DNA from: a virus
Strand: one strand, 5' to 3'
DNA length: 64,000 nt
Virus record (IMG/VR): IMGVR_UViG_3300010392_000664
Span: 29,005 to 93,004 of that record
The position numbers were made by a program, and so were the translations under genes. Positions within the stretch are counted from its first letter, which is position 1. Each line of letters opens with the position of its first letter. The notes under the pieces are model-generated. The model saw nothing but the letters and a program-made list of their open reading frames with translations, was not told where the DNA came from and ran no database searches. This document shows, one piece after another, positions 1-9,553 of this stretch.

Positions 1-6
1 CGATCT

Positions 7-1032
7 CTACGAGGCGGTGAATGCCGACTTGTAAGCGGCCTTCAATGCCCTTTGTGTACGCTTCTCATTCAAACCGAACAGGTTACTGTACGCCCGTTTT
101 TCAACCCGGTTCGTGTCATCTTTACCCCGCGATTTGCGATCATGCTGGATGAGTCCTGACCAAGCGTTGAAGGCATTCCAGAAACTTGTTCCGGCGATTT
201 CCTTTTCGTCGTCAAACCGTCGCATGAAAGAAGAGTTCGCTTCCATTGCCCGATTTTTCCGATTTTCTTCCACTTTCGTTCCGGGATTCGTTTTGAATTC
301 CCCGAATTCCTCAACGTACATCTCAACGAAAAACTTCTGCAGTTGCTCGTTGTTGATCTGTCGCTGAGCCATTCGGTTCATGACTCCTCGCGTAGCTTCA
401 ATCGCTTTTGAGTACTGCTTCAGCATTTTTTTCGCATCCTCAAGTCGATCCTTCACGTTAACCGTGTGCTTGAAAGTGAATGCCGAACCCAACAACTCAC
501 CGGTGTCATCCCTTGGGATGATGGCATGCAACGTGTTACTGCATACCGCCCGTACCGTCGTCGGTGTCCCTCGAAAGGTAGAAAATCCATCATGACCGTT
601 ACTGATGAGAGTGTACGGAAAAATCTGATCTCCGTTAGCTACGTCGAATGACTTGCCCTTGAGGAGGAACCACACCTTTTTACCTCCCTGAATGGATCCC
701 GCCGTTTCGACCTTTACCAATTCATCGTTAAGTTGCAGTGCCTCACAAAAATCAGCTAATTCGTAATTTTGAATCGGCACATACCGATCACTCGTGACTC
801 CCATAAATGTGTTCGTGTCCAATCGCCAATTTGAAAGGTGATCTGGAACCTCGATGTCGTTACCGTCCGGCCCTTTAACGATCAAAGGACGTTGCTCAAT
901 GCCCCATTCCAAACCGGCCAGGGTCAACGCCTCTCGCGGTGTAGGGGCATCCTCAACCACCATTCCCAATCCGTGCCAAGCACCTGATTTGTGAAGCACT
1001 ACGTTGTCTGTGTCGGTAATTTCGTGTGCCAT
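7..1032 (-). CDS. DUF932/DUF945 (TIGR03299-like) phage/plasmid protein
   Basis: MAHE start, AWHGLG, ALxLAGLEW, ETAGSIQGGKKVW, NGHDG, TTVRAVCSNTL and F(K)HT motifs typical of DUF932. Start moved from TTG 1107 to ATG 1032 because a promoter overlaps 1080-1107. Confidence 0.88.
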   Translation of the reverse strand: MAHEITDTDNVVLHKSGAWHGLGMVVEDAPTPREALTLAGLEWGIEQRPLIVKGPDGNDIEVPDHLSNWRLDTNTFMGVTSDRYVPIQNYELADFCEALQLNDELVKVETAGSIQGGKKVWFLLKGKSFDVANGDQIFPYTLISNGHDGFSTFRGTPTTVRAVCSNTLHAIIPRDDTGELLGSAFTFKHTVNVKDRLEDAKKMLKQYSKAIEATRGVMNRMAQRQINNEQLQKFFVEMYVEEFGEFKTNPGTKVEENRKNRAMEANSSFMRRFDDEKEIAGTSFWNAFNAWSGLIQHDRKSRGKDDTNRVEKRAYSNLFGLNEKRTQRALKAAYKSAFTAS

Positions 1033-1079
1033 GATTTCCCTTTCGAAGAGTGTGAAAAAGTTTGACTTCCGATATAGAC

Positions 1080-1107
1080 ATTGTAGACTTGTCTTGTGAA
1101 ATATCAA
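1080..1107 (-). promoter_or_regulatory. sigma70-like promoter for the DUF932 gene
   Basis: Minus strand TTGATA-16 nt-TACAAT, ~50 nt upstream of ATG 1032. Confidence 0.55.
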
Positions 1108-1147
1108 CTCACGTTTTGTAGTTTTTTGATGATTTTTTGAAAAAACC

Positions 1148-1541
1148 TCAGATAGAGGAATGTTGCTGGAGTTGGTACTCTACCCCACCATTTTTGGGAA
1201 TCATGGCCATTGATCCGATGTTTTTCTTGTTTTCGTCAACAAGAATAAGTCTCAGACCTTCTTTTCCCAGATGAATGGTAATTTCCTGCATGACTAAAGG
1301 TTTACTGTTTAGATCTTTCGGATAGTACTCTCCCAAAACATCTTTCAGCATTTCTTCTTCAGTCCAATCCACATAACCTTTTTTGACCCTATTCGATGAC
1401 TGCTGTTTAGATTTGAATACAGCGGCCCAGTTTCTTGCTACTTGGTAAGAGACACCTGGATGGTACTTTTTTTTTCAGGTATTCCTGTATTCTGTGAATT
1501 TTTTGTGTGTTTTTTGTAGGCTTCTTTTTTTCTTCACTCAT
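1148..1541 (-). pseudogene. ~130-aa hypothetical gene split by a frameshift in an A9 run (or a sequencing error)
   Basis: ATG 1541 with GAGG RBS reads MSEEKKK...IQEYLKKK. Removing one A from the run at 1467-1475 gives an open frame (KYHPGVSYQVARNW...) continuous with ORF 1148..1372. Confidence 0.6.
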
Positions 1542-1566
1542 GTTGTTTTAAACCTCATCTAGAATT

Positions 1567-1598
1567 GAAAACATCCCCCTGGATTAACAGGAGGATGT
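1567..1598 (-). terminator. intrinsic terminator after the HARE-HTH gene
   Basis: RNA ACAUCCUCCUG-UUAAUC-CAGGGGGAUGU (11-bp stem with one G-U pair) followed by UUU. Confidence 0.55.
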
Positions 1599-1636
1599 GG
1601 TAAAAAATTCAGCTTCGCTGCACACATCTTAGAGTT

Positions 1637-2131
1637 TTAGGATTTCAGGCCGAACTTACCACGATCGACCTTCTCAAACCGTGACTCGTCGCCTTTGACC
1701 TTGATCTCGCGAGCAATAGCCGCCGACAACGTAGCGTGAGGAGTTTTGCCTCCCGGTGAAGTCCAGTACCCCTTTTCAGACATCTGCTCAATCAACTCTT
1801 TCGCATTCAAAGGATTGTCAGATTCACCGAGAACCTTTGCTGCTGCATCAAGAGCACTGGTCTTCTTTTCTTTCGGTTTACTGTCCTTCTTGGGCTTTTC
1901 ATCTTTGGTTTCAGCTTTTGCGGCTTCCTTGGTTTCCGCGTCTTTGTTTTCAGCTTCCTTTGTTGCTTTGTTACCACGTGCCATTTCGTTCTCCCAATCT
2001 TTTGCGTCTTCTGGATCTCTCGGTCTGCCGCATCTGGAGCAGTTCCGAAATTCGTAATGATGAACCGCACCGCACGACTCATCTTCGCATACACAGCGAA
2101 TTCTTTTTGTGCTTGACCGAATCATGTGCAT
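1637..2131 (-). CDS. HARE-HTH winged-helix DNA-binding protein with N-terminal Cys cluster and Lys/Glu-rich linker
   Basis: [10 protein letters not shown]...AKELIEQM..[28 protein letters not shown]..SRFxKVDRGKF; N-terminal CxC..C..CxxC. Confidence 0.82.
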   Translation of the reverse strand: MHMIRSSTKRIRCVCEDESCGAVHHYEFRNCSRCGRPRDPEDAKDWENEMARGNKATKEAENKDAETKEAAKAETKDEKPKKDSKPKEKKTSALDAAAKVLGESDNPLNAKELIEQMSEKGYWTSPGGKTPHATLSAAIAREIKVKGDESRFEKVDRGKFGLKS

Positions 2132-2153
2132 CCTATCGTGTGATGTTTACCTG

Positions 2154-2384
2154 TCAAGTTCTGATTACGCTATTTCTTCCAAATTTCTCATTTCGAAGAG
2201 CATGATCGACTATCATTTCAACCAAGCCCTTCAGATTCTCTCCACCACCGATTCCAATCAAAACCCGTCCGGATGCCCAATTACAAAATTCATTGTACGT
2301 CATCTCAGTGGCATGCTTTGGTCTGTATTTTGATGATTCAACTTCGACAACTTCCCTTTCCTTTTTTCGACTTTTCCTTGGCAT
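2154..2384 (-). CDS. hypothetical protein
   Basis: ORF tightly packed in the minus-strand operon. Confidence 0.55.
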   Translation of the reverse strand: MPRKSRKKEREVVEVESSKYRPKHATEMTYNEFCNWASGRVLIGIGGGENLKGLVEMIVDHALRNEKFGRNSVIRT

Positions 2385-2386
2385 GT

Positions 2387-2806
2387 TTATTCCTTTAATG
2401 GATCAAATTCAGCAAAAAGTTGATGTTCAGCAGCAAATCGAATGCAAAATTCATAAAGCTGTTTTATAGCCTCTGGATACCCTTCAAAATAAACTTCTTT
2501 TCGATAAGCAATAACGACATAACGAATACATCCATTATCCCGCATGTTATCCGCCATTTCAGACATGACGTAATCTTCTTCTGATCCATAAACATGCCAA
2601 TAGTGGTGGCCTTCTTCCTCATCTAATCTTTCACATTCCAGACGTGTTTCATCCAATCCTTGGACTAAAGATTCATAATTTGGAATGTACTTTTGTAGAG
2701 TTGGATTTTCCTTGACGACAGCCAAATGGTTAAAGTACCCACATTCAAAAACCTGTTTAGTAGGGGTAATCCATCCTGCCTTCACGATTTTCCCTTTCGG
2801 TAACAA
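2387..2806 (-). CDS. hypothetical protein
   Basis: 139 aa, GWITP motif, downstream of a promoter. Confidence 0.65.
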   Translation of the reverse strand: MLPKGKIVKAGWITPTKQVFECGYFNHLAVVKENPTLQKYIPNYESLVQGLDETRLECERLDEEEGHHYWHVYGSEEDYVMSEMADNMRDNGCIRYVVIAYRKEVYFEGYPEAIKQLYEFCIRFAAEHQLFAEFDPLKE

Positions 2807-2830
2807 TTGATGTTTTCTTTCGTCGGCATC

Positions 2831-2858
2831 ATTATACCACCAACTGCAGTAAAGTCAT
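2831..2858 (-). promoter_or_regulatory. sigma70-like extended -10 promoter
   Basis: Minus strand ATGACT-16 nt-TATAAT with TGn extension (TGGTATAAT). Confidence 0.5.
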
Positions 2859-2876
2859 TGAATAAAATGACAATTT

Positions 2877-3761
2877 CTAAAAGATTTCAAGAAATTCGCT
2901 GCGAATCGACTGAATTTCTTCAGGATCTGCCGTCGCCGCATCATCCCCGGTTTCTAGTTCAACATTTATGGTGACCCCGTCAAACATCGACAATTCCTCA
3001 CATAACTGTCCAGCTCGATGTTGGGCATCTTCTTCAGAATCGAAACATATTGCTCGAACCGGGTATTCCGCAATCGCCGCCAATTGCTGAGGGCTATAAC
3101 CGACGCCACACGTTGCCACACAACCGGGTCCAATAGCCCAAGCGTCAATCGGTCCCTCGACAACTACAATGGCGTGACGGGCCAAGTGTGACCCATACAA
3201 CAAGGTCTTATGAGGAATCAATTCTTCTTCCGATTTCGCAGCCAAATATCTGAAATCAGTTTTTTCTTTTATCGACCGAGATGTCCATGATACTACGTTA
3301 CCAAGTGAATCATGGATAGGAATGAAGATCCGCCATTGTAGAGGATGGGGAGGTCCGATTCCTTTGATTTCCCATAACCGTGAGATTTCATGAGGATCGA
3401 ATCCTCTCGAACGAAGGTATTGATTATGGGCAGGAAGAAGATCATTTATCCCTATCGGGAGTTTTAATGTACCAGTGTGCTCTTTTGGACTGTAGAACTG
3501 AAAACCTAGCCCATCACTAAGTTCTTTTGCTTCATGGTAACTGATACCACAAAGCATTGCCAACATAGTAATGCGACTTTGACGCCCACAGAACCAGCAA
3601 TTTGTTCTCCCGGAGGAGATATCAAATCCAAGTCGGAATTTTCTATAGTTGGGAGAACACTTCGGGCAATCCACACCAACCCATCCAGATCTCACATTTC
3701 TATGATCACCTTCAAGGCGGAACTCAACATTATATTGAACAAGAATATCTATTATGTTCAT
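2877..3761 (-). CDS. DnaG-type DNA primase (Zn finger + TOPRIM)
   Basis: CPKC...CWFC zinc finger, YLRSRG, RIFIPI, VVVEGPIDA, ICFDSE, DDAA. Confidence 0.88.
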   Translation of the reverse strand: MNIIDILVQYNVEFRLEGDHRNVRSGWVGVDCPKCSPNYRKFRLGFDISSGRTNCWFCGRQSRITMLAMLCGISYHEAKELSDGLGFQFYSPKEHTGTLKLPIGINDLLPAHNQYLRSRGFDPHEISRLWEIKGIGPPHPLQWRIFIPIHDSLGNVVSWTSRSIKEKTDFRYLAAKSEEELIPHKTLLYGSHLARHAIVVVEGPIDAWAIGPGCVATCGVGYSPQQLAAIAEYPVRAICFDSEEDAQHRAGQLCEELSMFDGVTINVELETGDDAATADPEEIQSIRSEFLEIF

Positions 3762-4124
3762 TCAACAGCTAATCTTCTGAACTGGCACTTTGGCGTTAAG
3801 TGCTTGTTCTACCATGTTATTAGTCCCAAAGCCTCCTGGAAATGCTACAACGAGATCTGGTTTCCCGTCTTCAAGCATTTCTTTATTTCGAATTGGTCCT
3901 GCTGCTCTCCCATAACTGTCCCAATCTGCAAGATAAATTCTCACCGGCATATTACGTGAATAAGCCCACTCCCCAGCAAGGGTATCAGCTCCAGTGGCCC
4001 CACCATGAATTATCTCAACTTCTTTATGCTGCAGTAATAATTCATCAAGAGCAAGATACAGAATGCTTCGTTTTTTGAATTTCCGCCCACCGGTGACGAG
4101 AATTGTGTAATGATCCATCAGCAT
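3762..4124 (-). CDS. SLOG/YspA-like (DUF2493) protein
   Basis: ILVTGGR, IIHGGATGAD, ADWxxYGRAAGPIRNxEM, VAFPGGxGT. Confidence 0.88.
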   Translation of the reverse strand: MLMDHYTILVTGGRKFKKRSILYLALDELLLQHKEVEIIHGGATGADTLAGEWAYSRNMPVRIYLADWDSYGRAAGPIRNKEMLEDGKPDLVVAFPGGFGTNNMVEQALNAKVPVQKISC

Positions 4125-4127
4125 CTC

Positions 4128-4373
4128 CTATGGAACAAAACCACATACAATCAAGATAGCACCATCCCGAATTGCCTGGGTCGCTTGCTCTATTGTTACT
4201 GGGTCAATAGACAGTTCTTCTCCTTGATCATTGTATATTAAATCCTGAAGTTCATCCTCTTTTTCATCTCCAAATGAATTAAAATAAACTTCATGCAAAT
4301 GGGATAAGTCACCATCAAAGATGTAAAACTTTAATTCTGCTTGACAGTCATCAAAAATCATAACTGTTTTCAT
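4128..4373 (-). CDS. hypothetical acidic protein
   Basis: Packed ORF in operon. Confidence 0.6.
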   Translation of the reverse strand: MKTVMIFDDCQAELKFYIFDGDLSHLHEVYFNSFGDEKEDELQDLIYNDQGEELSIDPVTIEQATQAIRDGAILIVCGFVP

Positions 4374-4374
4374 T

Positions 4375-4590
4375 TCAGCATCTCCATCCTGCTATGTCAT
4401 GATCAAGTTCAATGTTTTCTTCTATAGCTTTTTTCATCAAAGCTACCAAAGCTCCATTCATGGTGAAATCATTTTTAGCACACCACGTTCGAAATTCCGA
4501 TCTGAATCTCTTAGTGACATTCCGGATTTGAACCGTTGCTGAAGTGTCACCTTCCTCAGCATACACTTTTATGCCTTCGTTTTTTTCCAT
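4375..4590 (-). CDS. probable ribbon-helix-helix DNA-binding protein
   Basis: TVQIRNV strand followed by helices FRSEFRTWCAKND and TMNGALVALM. Confidence 0.5.
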   Translation of the reverse strand: MEKNEGIKVYAEEGDTSATVQIRNVTKRFRSEFRTWCAKNDFTMNGALVALMKKAIEENIELDHDIAGWRC

Positions 4591-4592
4591 AA

Positions 4593-5963
4593 TTAAGCCG
4601 CCTTGATTAGTTCTTTTCTCAATTCTTCGAGAATGTTAAACTTCCCAACGGAATTATCACCGTCGATTGCTTCATTGATGATTTTCCTTTTTTGATTGAG
4701 AATTCTGCACATCTTTTCTTCGATCGTGTCACCTGCAATTAGATACCAGATCCATGCAGTTTCCGTTTGACCGATTCTATGAATTCGGTCAGAGCACTGA
4801 TCCAATTCAGGTGGAGTCCAGGGCAATTCGACAAAAGCCAACGTGGAGGCCGCAGTCAACGTGATACCGACACCTGCCGCCCGTATATTGCCAATGAATA
4901 CCTTTGTTGTTGGATCCTTCTGAAATTGATTTACCGCTATCTGCCGATCCTTGCTATTCACAGATCCATCCACAACAACTGACTTATGTGGAATGCGTCT
5001 TTTCAAAACTGAAATTGCTTTTTTGTGATGTGCAAAAAGAACTAATTTTTCATTCGTTTCTTCAAGAAAAGTATTAGACCAATCAACAACAGACTTCATT
5101 TTTAACCGAGATGCCATTCTCAGCAACGTACCAGTTCTGAATAACCATTCAGCATTATCGGCAGATGATATTTTATGCCCGGCATTCTTTTTGATCCACT
5201 TTATGAAATTTGAAGATGCTTCTTGATACTCCGAATAGTCACTGAGAGCACATGGATAAATGCGATGAACCTTATCCGGGAGATCTTTAAGGACGTCCTT
5301 TTTCTTTCTACGGATCATGCCGATCGTTTTCAATTGATCGTGCAACAAATTCATGTTGCGAGATTCGTTATAGGTGAACTTTCCTCTTACAGCTCTTGGT
5401 TTACAGAATACCTGAGCATAACTCCAAAATGAATTATACACTCGAGGCCACACAATATTCAAAATTGACCACATGTCTTTAGCTCTGTTGGTCAACGGAG
5501 TACCTGTCAACGCTATCACGTGTTTACACTTTTGTGCTAACCGACGGACAGCTTTTGTTCTCTGTGACTTTGGATTTGAGCAATAGTGAGCTTCATCTAT
5601 GATTAAAGTTTTATAATCTTGTTCAATAATCCAGTCAATCCAGTATGGTAAAATTTTGTAATTGATAATGATAATCGGGGTTGAACTTTTTATGTCAAAT
5701 GATCCATTGACCGGAGGTGTTGTCCCTGAGCAAACGGATGATCTTAAATTGACATGAATCAAAGCCTCATGCTGCCAATTGTATTTGACCGCTGCCGGGC
5801 AGACAACTATTGCTGGAGCCCAAGTCGGATTTCGTTTTACCGTCCACAAAGCCTGCATTGTTTTGCCAAGTCCCATTTCATCTGCTAACAATGCCCTCCC
5901 GTTAAGTTTTTCAATTAATCGAACACCTTCTTTTTGGTACTCATGTGGTTTTATTTTTTCCAT
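4593..5963 (-). CDS. SNF2-family (SF2) helicase/translocase
   Basis: LLADEMGLGKT, VVCPA, IIDEAH, LTGTP, MIRRKKKDVLKDLP, GVGITLT, QCSDRIHRIGQ. Confidence 0.95.
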   Translation of the reverse strand: MEKIKPHEYQKEGVRLIEKLNGRALLADEMGLGKTMQALWTVKRNPTWAPAIVVCPAAVKYNWQHEALIHVNLRSSVCSGTTPPVNGSFDIKSSTPIIIINYKILPYWIDWIIEQDYKTLIIDEAHYCSNPKSQRTKAVRRLAQKCKHVIALTGTPLTNRAKDMWSILNIVWPRVYNSFWSYAQVFCKPRAVRGKFTYNESRNMNLLHDQLKTIGMIRRKKKDVLKDLPDKVHRIYPCALSDYSEYQEASSNFIKWIKKNAGHKISSADNAEWLFRTGTLLRMASRLKMKSVVDWSNTFLEETNEKLVLFAHHKKAISVLKRRIPHKSVVVDGSVNSKDRQIAVNQFQKDPTTKVFIGNIRAAGVGITLTAASTLAFVELPWTPPELDQCSDRIHRIGQTETAWIWYLIAGDTIEEKMCRILNQKRKIINEAIDGDNSVGKFNILEELRKELIKAA

Positions 5964-5970
5964 TTATCCT

Positions 5971-6486
5971 TCAACCAAAAATAGCTGATTTTGTTGCACG
6001 AAAAGCCTTAGTCACCCTGGCAACGGACCATCCAGATTCGTGCAAATATTCACGAAGGGAGGATCTCCAATTGTAAGGGCGACCACCCTTATCTGATGCT
6101 GAAACAGTAAGTGCCACCGGTGGGTTTAAAAGCAATCGAATGACGGTTTTTGAATCTTCAGTAAACCCATCACAAAATTCATCAAAGTTGAATTCCTGTC
6201 TTTTTAGACAAGAGAGCATTTCGATTGAAATGTTAGTAAGAACACCTTCCACCAATTTGTTGTGCCCTCTAATCACATTGCTCAACTTGTTGTTGATGCA
6301 GGTGCCAAGATAAGTGGTGAATTTGATTCCTCGATTCGGGTCATACGAACGACGGGCAGCAAGGTATGCCTCATACGCAGGAGTCAACAAATCCTCCGGT
6401 TCCCTGTAGTTGAACTTTTTGGCATTTCGATGAATCAGCATCCATACGAATTTTTCCACATCTTCATAACTTTGTTTTTCGGGCAT
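5971..6486 (-). CDS. sigma70 region-2-like factor (possible phage late sigma)
   Basis: EDLL..AYEAYLAARRSYDPNRGIKFTTYLGTCINN matches sigma region 2. Likely start MPEKQSY at 6486, shorter than the ORF track call (6651). Confidence 0.7.
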   Translation of the reverse strand: MPEKQSYEDVEKFVWMLIHRNAKKFNYREPEDLLTPAYEAYLAARRSYDPNRGIKFTTYLGTCINNKLSNVIRGHNKLVEGVLTNISIEMLSCLKRQEFNFDEFCDGFTEDSKTVIRLLLNPPVALTVSASDKGGRPYNWRSSLREYLHESGWSVARVTKAFRATKSAIFG

Positions 6487-6610
6487 TGTGCCATCCCTGT
6501 AAAAATGGAAGTTTTGGTATGGAGACATTGTACACATGTCTTCAAACAATGTCAACTCAAAAACCGGAAATAGTCCATCGAGGAGATGCCGCCACAGGAA
6601 AACGGCTGGA

Positions 6611-6907
6611 CTATTTCCGGCTTGGGTCAACCACATTGCCATTTTCGGCAATCAGTTTAGAATCCCCCATAAAATGTTTCCAAATTTTCCAATAATGTTC
6701 AGGATCTCGTACTTCGCTATCCCGAATGAGTCTTTGGCTTCCCCGAACATCCCAGCAATTCAAAAATACCCCACATACCGAAAATGCCTCAACCCGCACT
6801 ATTTGCCCATCTTTAATCTCGGTCAACTCTAAATAAAGTGACGGAGTCTCCTCGACATCATCCTCTTTAAGCCAATCCTGAATTTTTCTTTTAATCCACT
6901 TCAGCAT
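6611..6907 (-). CDS. hypothetical protein
   Basis: Overlapping-operon ORF. Confidence 0.55.
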   Translation of the reverse strand: MLKWIKRKIQDWLKEDDVEETPSLYLELTEIKDGQIVRVEAFSVCGVFLNCWDVRGSQRLIRDSEVRDPEHYWKIWKHFMGDSKLIAENGNVVDPSRK

Positions 6908-7496
6908 TTTTCACCACAAAAATTTTCCGTTTTAATTTTTTTGTTTTTGGTGACAAAACCGCTTCTATGGCACCATGCCGTTTAAATAACTCGTCATACT
7001 CCTCATAGGTGGCCGCATAACAATCTGCTTTATTCCACCTGCGGCCCAAACGATTGTGGTACTTATGCCACTCAACGTAAAGTCTGCCGTCTGGTTTTTT
7101 CAATTCTTTCAACCACGCCTGAACAGCAGCATCCGGATCTCTGGCATGATCCAATGAGTTAGTGTACACCAAATCAAATCGACCAACCCAACTCGACGGC
7201 ACCTCAGTAAAATCAATGCAAACTATCCTTTCTCCATCACACAGATCTTCGAAAATTTCAGTGCCTGTCCATAAAGATTCAGAAGGACTTTTACTTTCGA
7301 ACAAATCTAATTCTTCTCCACGACGAACCCCATGACACAAACCGTGCATCACTGGAGAGCCATGATATTCTAAGATAGAATCTATCACAGACTCCTCAGA
7401 TGAAAATGATGAATTAGGTCTTTTAACCTTTATTTGTGTAGTGTTCCTCTGAGCTTTAATATAGTCGTCGTAGGAATCAAATTTAATTTGTTTCAT
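6891..7496 (-). CDS. class I SAM-dependent methyltransferase-like protein
   Basis: GLCHGVRRGEE (motif I-like), GTEI, FDLVYTNSLDH, LKxPDGRLYV. Confidence 0.7.
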   Translation of the reverse strand: MKQIKFDSYDDYIKAQRNTTQIKVKRPNSSFSSEESVIDSILEYHGSPVMHGLCHGVRRGEELDLFESKSPSESLWTGTEIFEDLCDGERIVCIDFTEVPSSWVGRFDLVYTNSLDHARDPDAAVQAWLKELKKPDGRLYVEWHKYHNRLGRRWNKADCYAATYEEYDELFKRHGAIEAVLSPKTKKLKRKIFVVKNAEVD

Positions 7497-8248
7497 TTTG
7501 TCTTTGCTCCATGATCAACAGTCCCGCCGTCTCGTCCTGCACGAGAATGCCGAATACGGTAAACGTCGAGTATCGCTGCGGCTTTTGATGGGCCTACTTG
7601 TTTCCTGAACGGCACATCTCCTTTGCACGACCGAAAGCCTTGCGAGGGATCAACCCCCTTTGTCCATTTGGTGCCTTTTAGGTAGCCGTTCTTTCGGCAC
7701 CAATCACCTTTGACGATCTGGATGCCCCCTATTGCTCGTTTTTCTCTTCGAAGAACGAATTTTGTCAGGTCAATAGGTTTACTGGGATCATTTATAAGTT
7801 CATCCCCATACTCATGTTTTTCATGAATATTCACATATTGAGGAAACACCATGTTTTCTTCTGCTCCCAGGCATTCATAATATGCATCTTTTAATGAATC
7901 TCTGAAGAAGCAATAATCAACATCTGTGAACCATACAACATCAGCACTTGTTAAACAAGCTGCCCGATTTCTTCCTATTGCTCGCCTGAATAGAGCTTCC
8001 TTTTCAAGATGACAAGGATTAATTCTCAAGGGTCCAGAAGTAACGTCTCGATTTTCACGTGGCAAAACAAAATCTTTTAATACATCAACCGTTGCCATGT
8101 CTTGACGATTAAAGTACACAGATAACGTGACTTCTATGCCATCTTTATGCACTTCAGCTAAACTGGCAAGTTGATGTCGAAGGAGATGATGGTAAATCGG
8201 AACCTCATCCCCGGAATAACAATGTGTGACGATTTCTATTGTTTTCAT
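7493..8248 (-). CDS. GT-A fold glycosyltransferase (GT2/GT7-like)
   Basis: RAIGRNRAA...ADVVWFTDVDY (DxD), IGGIQIV; start probably MKTIEIV. Confidence 0.8.
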   Translation of the reverse strand: MKTIEIVTHCYSGDEVPIYHHLLRHQLASLAEVHKDGIEVTLSVYFNRQDMATVDVLKDFVLPRENRDVTSGPLRINPCHLEKEALFRRAIGRNRAACLTSADVVWFTDVDYCFFRDSLKDAYYECLGAEENMVFPQYVNIHEKHEYGDELINDPSKPIDLTKFVLRREKRAIGGIQIVKGDWCRKNGYLKGTKWTKGVDPSQGFRSCKGDVPFRKQVGPSKAAAILDVYRIRHSRAGRDGGTVDHGAKTK

Positions 8249-8808
8249 TTTACCACGTATCCCCATAACCTATTATCACGAACGTTAATATTCTCTTCAC
8301 CTAAAGAAGAAACCACAGCCCTTTTCACACCTCTATAACCACCCCCGTAGTCATGGCCACACAACAAACCTCCTTGGCGAACTTTAGGCAACCATAATTC
8401 AATATCCTTTTTAACCTCTTTGAATGTATGACATGCATCAATGAAAACGAAATCAAATGTTCCATCAAGATATCGTTTACAGACAAATTCACTTGTTTCT
8501 TTCCAAATAGCAGGAGACACTCCAGGATTAGCTGAATTAATATTTTTTATGGCAGTGTCATAAATGGAATCCCATTGTTTTTGTGACAACTTACCGGTTC
8601 TTTTCATGAAGAAATATTCATCACCTTCTTCCCATTCTCTCCAAGGGTCAACAAAAACCATTGCTATATCTGGAAATGTTGTCAGGATTTTTTTAGATGC
8701 CAACCCCTTGAATACTCCGATCTCGGCTCCTCTATCTGGACTTGGTCCGAGAAATTCTTCGATCATAAGGACTAAGTCCTCTGACATCGGTCTATCCCAC
8801 TTCACCAT
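8245..8808 (-). CDS. Methyltransf_24-type O-methyltransferase
   Basis: GAEIGVFKG, VDPW, FDFVFIDACH, GGLLCGHDY. Confidence 0.88.
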   Translation of the reverse strand: MVKWDRPMSEDLVLMIEEFLGPSPDRGAEIGVFKGLASKKILTTFPDIAMVFVDPWREWEEGDEYFFMKRTGKLSQKQWDSIYDTAIKNINSANPGVSPAIWKETSEFVCKRYLDGTFDFVFIDACHTFKEVKKDIELWLPKVRQGGLLCGHDYGGGYRGVKRAVVSSLGEENINVRDNRLWGYVVK

Positions 8809-9544
8809 TTTCTACCATCCTTTTGAATTCATCAAAATCTTCTTGAGTGTTGATTGATAAAGGAGCTTTTTTATATGTTCTGGTTGCCCCTATTTTATAA
8901 CCATATTCAAGCCATGCTATCTGTTCCAAAGATTTAGATACTGACAGCAAAGTATGACTCAACACATTACAAAGACGCAAAAGAGCATCCTTTTGAAATA
9001 TATAAACACCAATATGCTCTGAACCAGATGATTCATCACGTGAAAACCAAATGCACCTTGACTCAGGGAAACAGCCCCCATGATCGGTTAGTGTTGCTTT
9101 TACAGCATTTCTGTTATTGACTCTGCCTGTGTCAATAATTCCCACTAATGTGCTTATAACAAACTTCCTATTGTTCCTTGAATACAATAATTCAATATCT
9201 TTTGAATCGACAAGAGGTTCATCACATTGAAGATTTATTACATTATTAATGCTGTTAAAAAAGAACTCATCTTCAATCCTAAGAAGTTCTAAAGCTCGTG
9301 CACATCTATGTGTTCCAGTAGGAATATCCAATTCCGTTTTTATGCAATGCAATTCATTTTTTTCACAATACTCATGGATTTCTTTATCCCCACTCACAAC
9401 AAAAACTTGACGAGGTTTTGCACATCTAGCCTTATCATAAGTCCATTTCAACAAAGGACTTCCACCCACTTCTAAAAGAGGCTTACCTGGCAAACGAGAT
9501 GAAGCCATGCTCGCCGGTATCATGATAATTGTGTCATTTTGCAT
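8792..9544 (-). CDS. kdsB: KdsB-like CMP-ulosonate synthetase (cytidylyltransferase)
   Basis: IPASMASSRLPGKPL, TGTHR, INLQCDEP, FSR, HIGVY, LEQI, SINTQED; several canonical residues are substituted. Confidence 0.82.
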   Translation of the reverse strand: MQNDTIIMIPASMASSRLPGKPLLEVGGSPLLKWTYDKARCAKPRQVFVVSGDKEIHEYCEKNELHCIKTELDIPTGTHRCARALELLRIEDEFFFNSINNVINLQCDEPLVDSKDIELLYSRNNRKFVISTLVGIIDTGRVNNRNAVKATLTDHGGCFPESRCIWFSRDESSGSEHIGVYIFQKDALLRLCNVLSHTLLSVSKSLEQIAWLEYGYKIGATRTYKKAPLSINTQEDFDEFKRMVENGEVG

Positions 9545-9553
9545 GTTGTTTTC

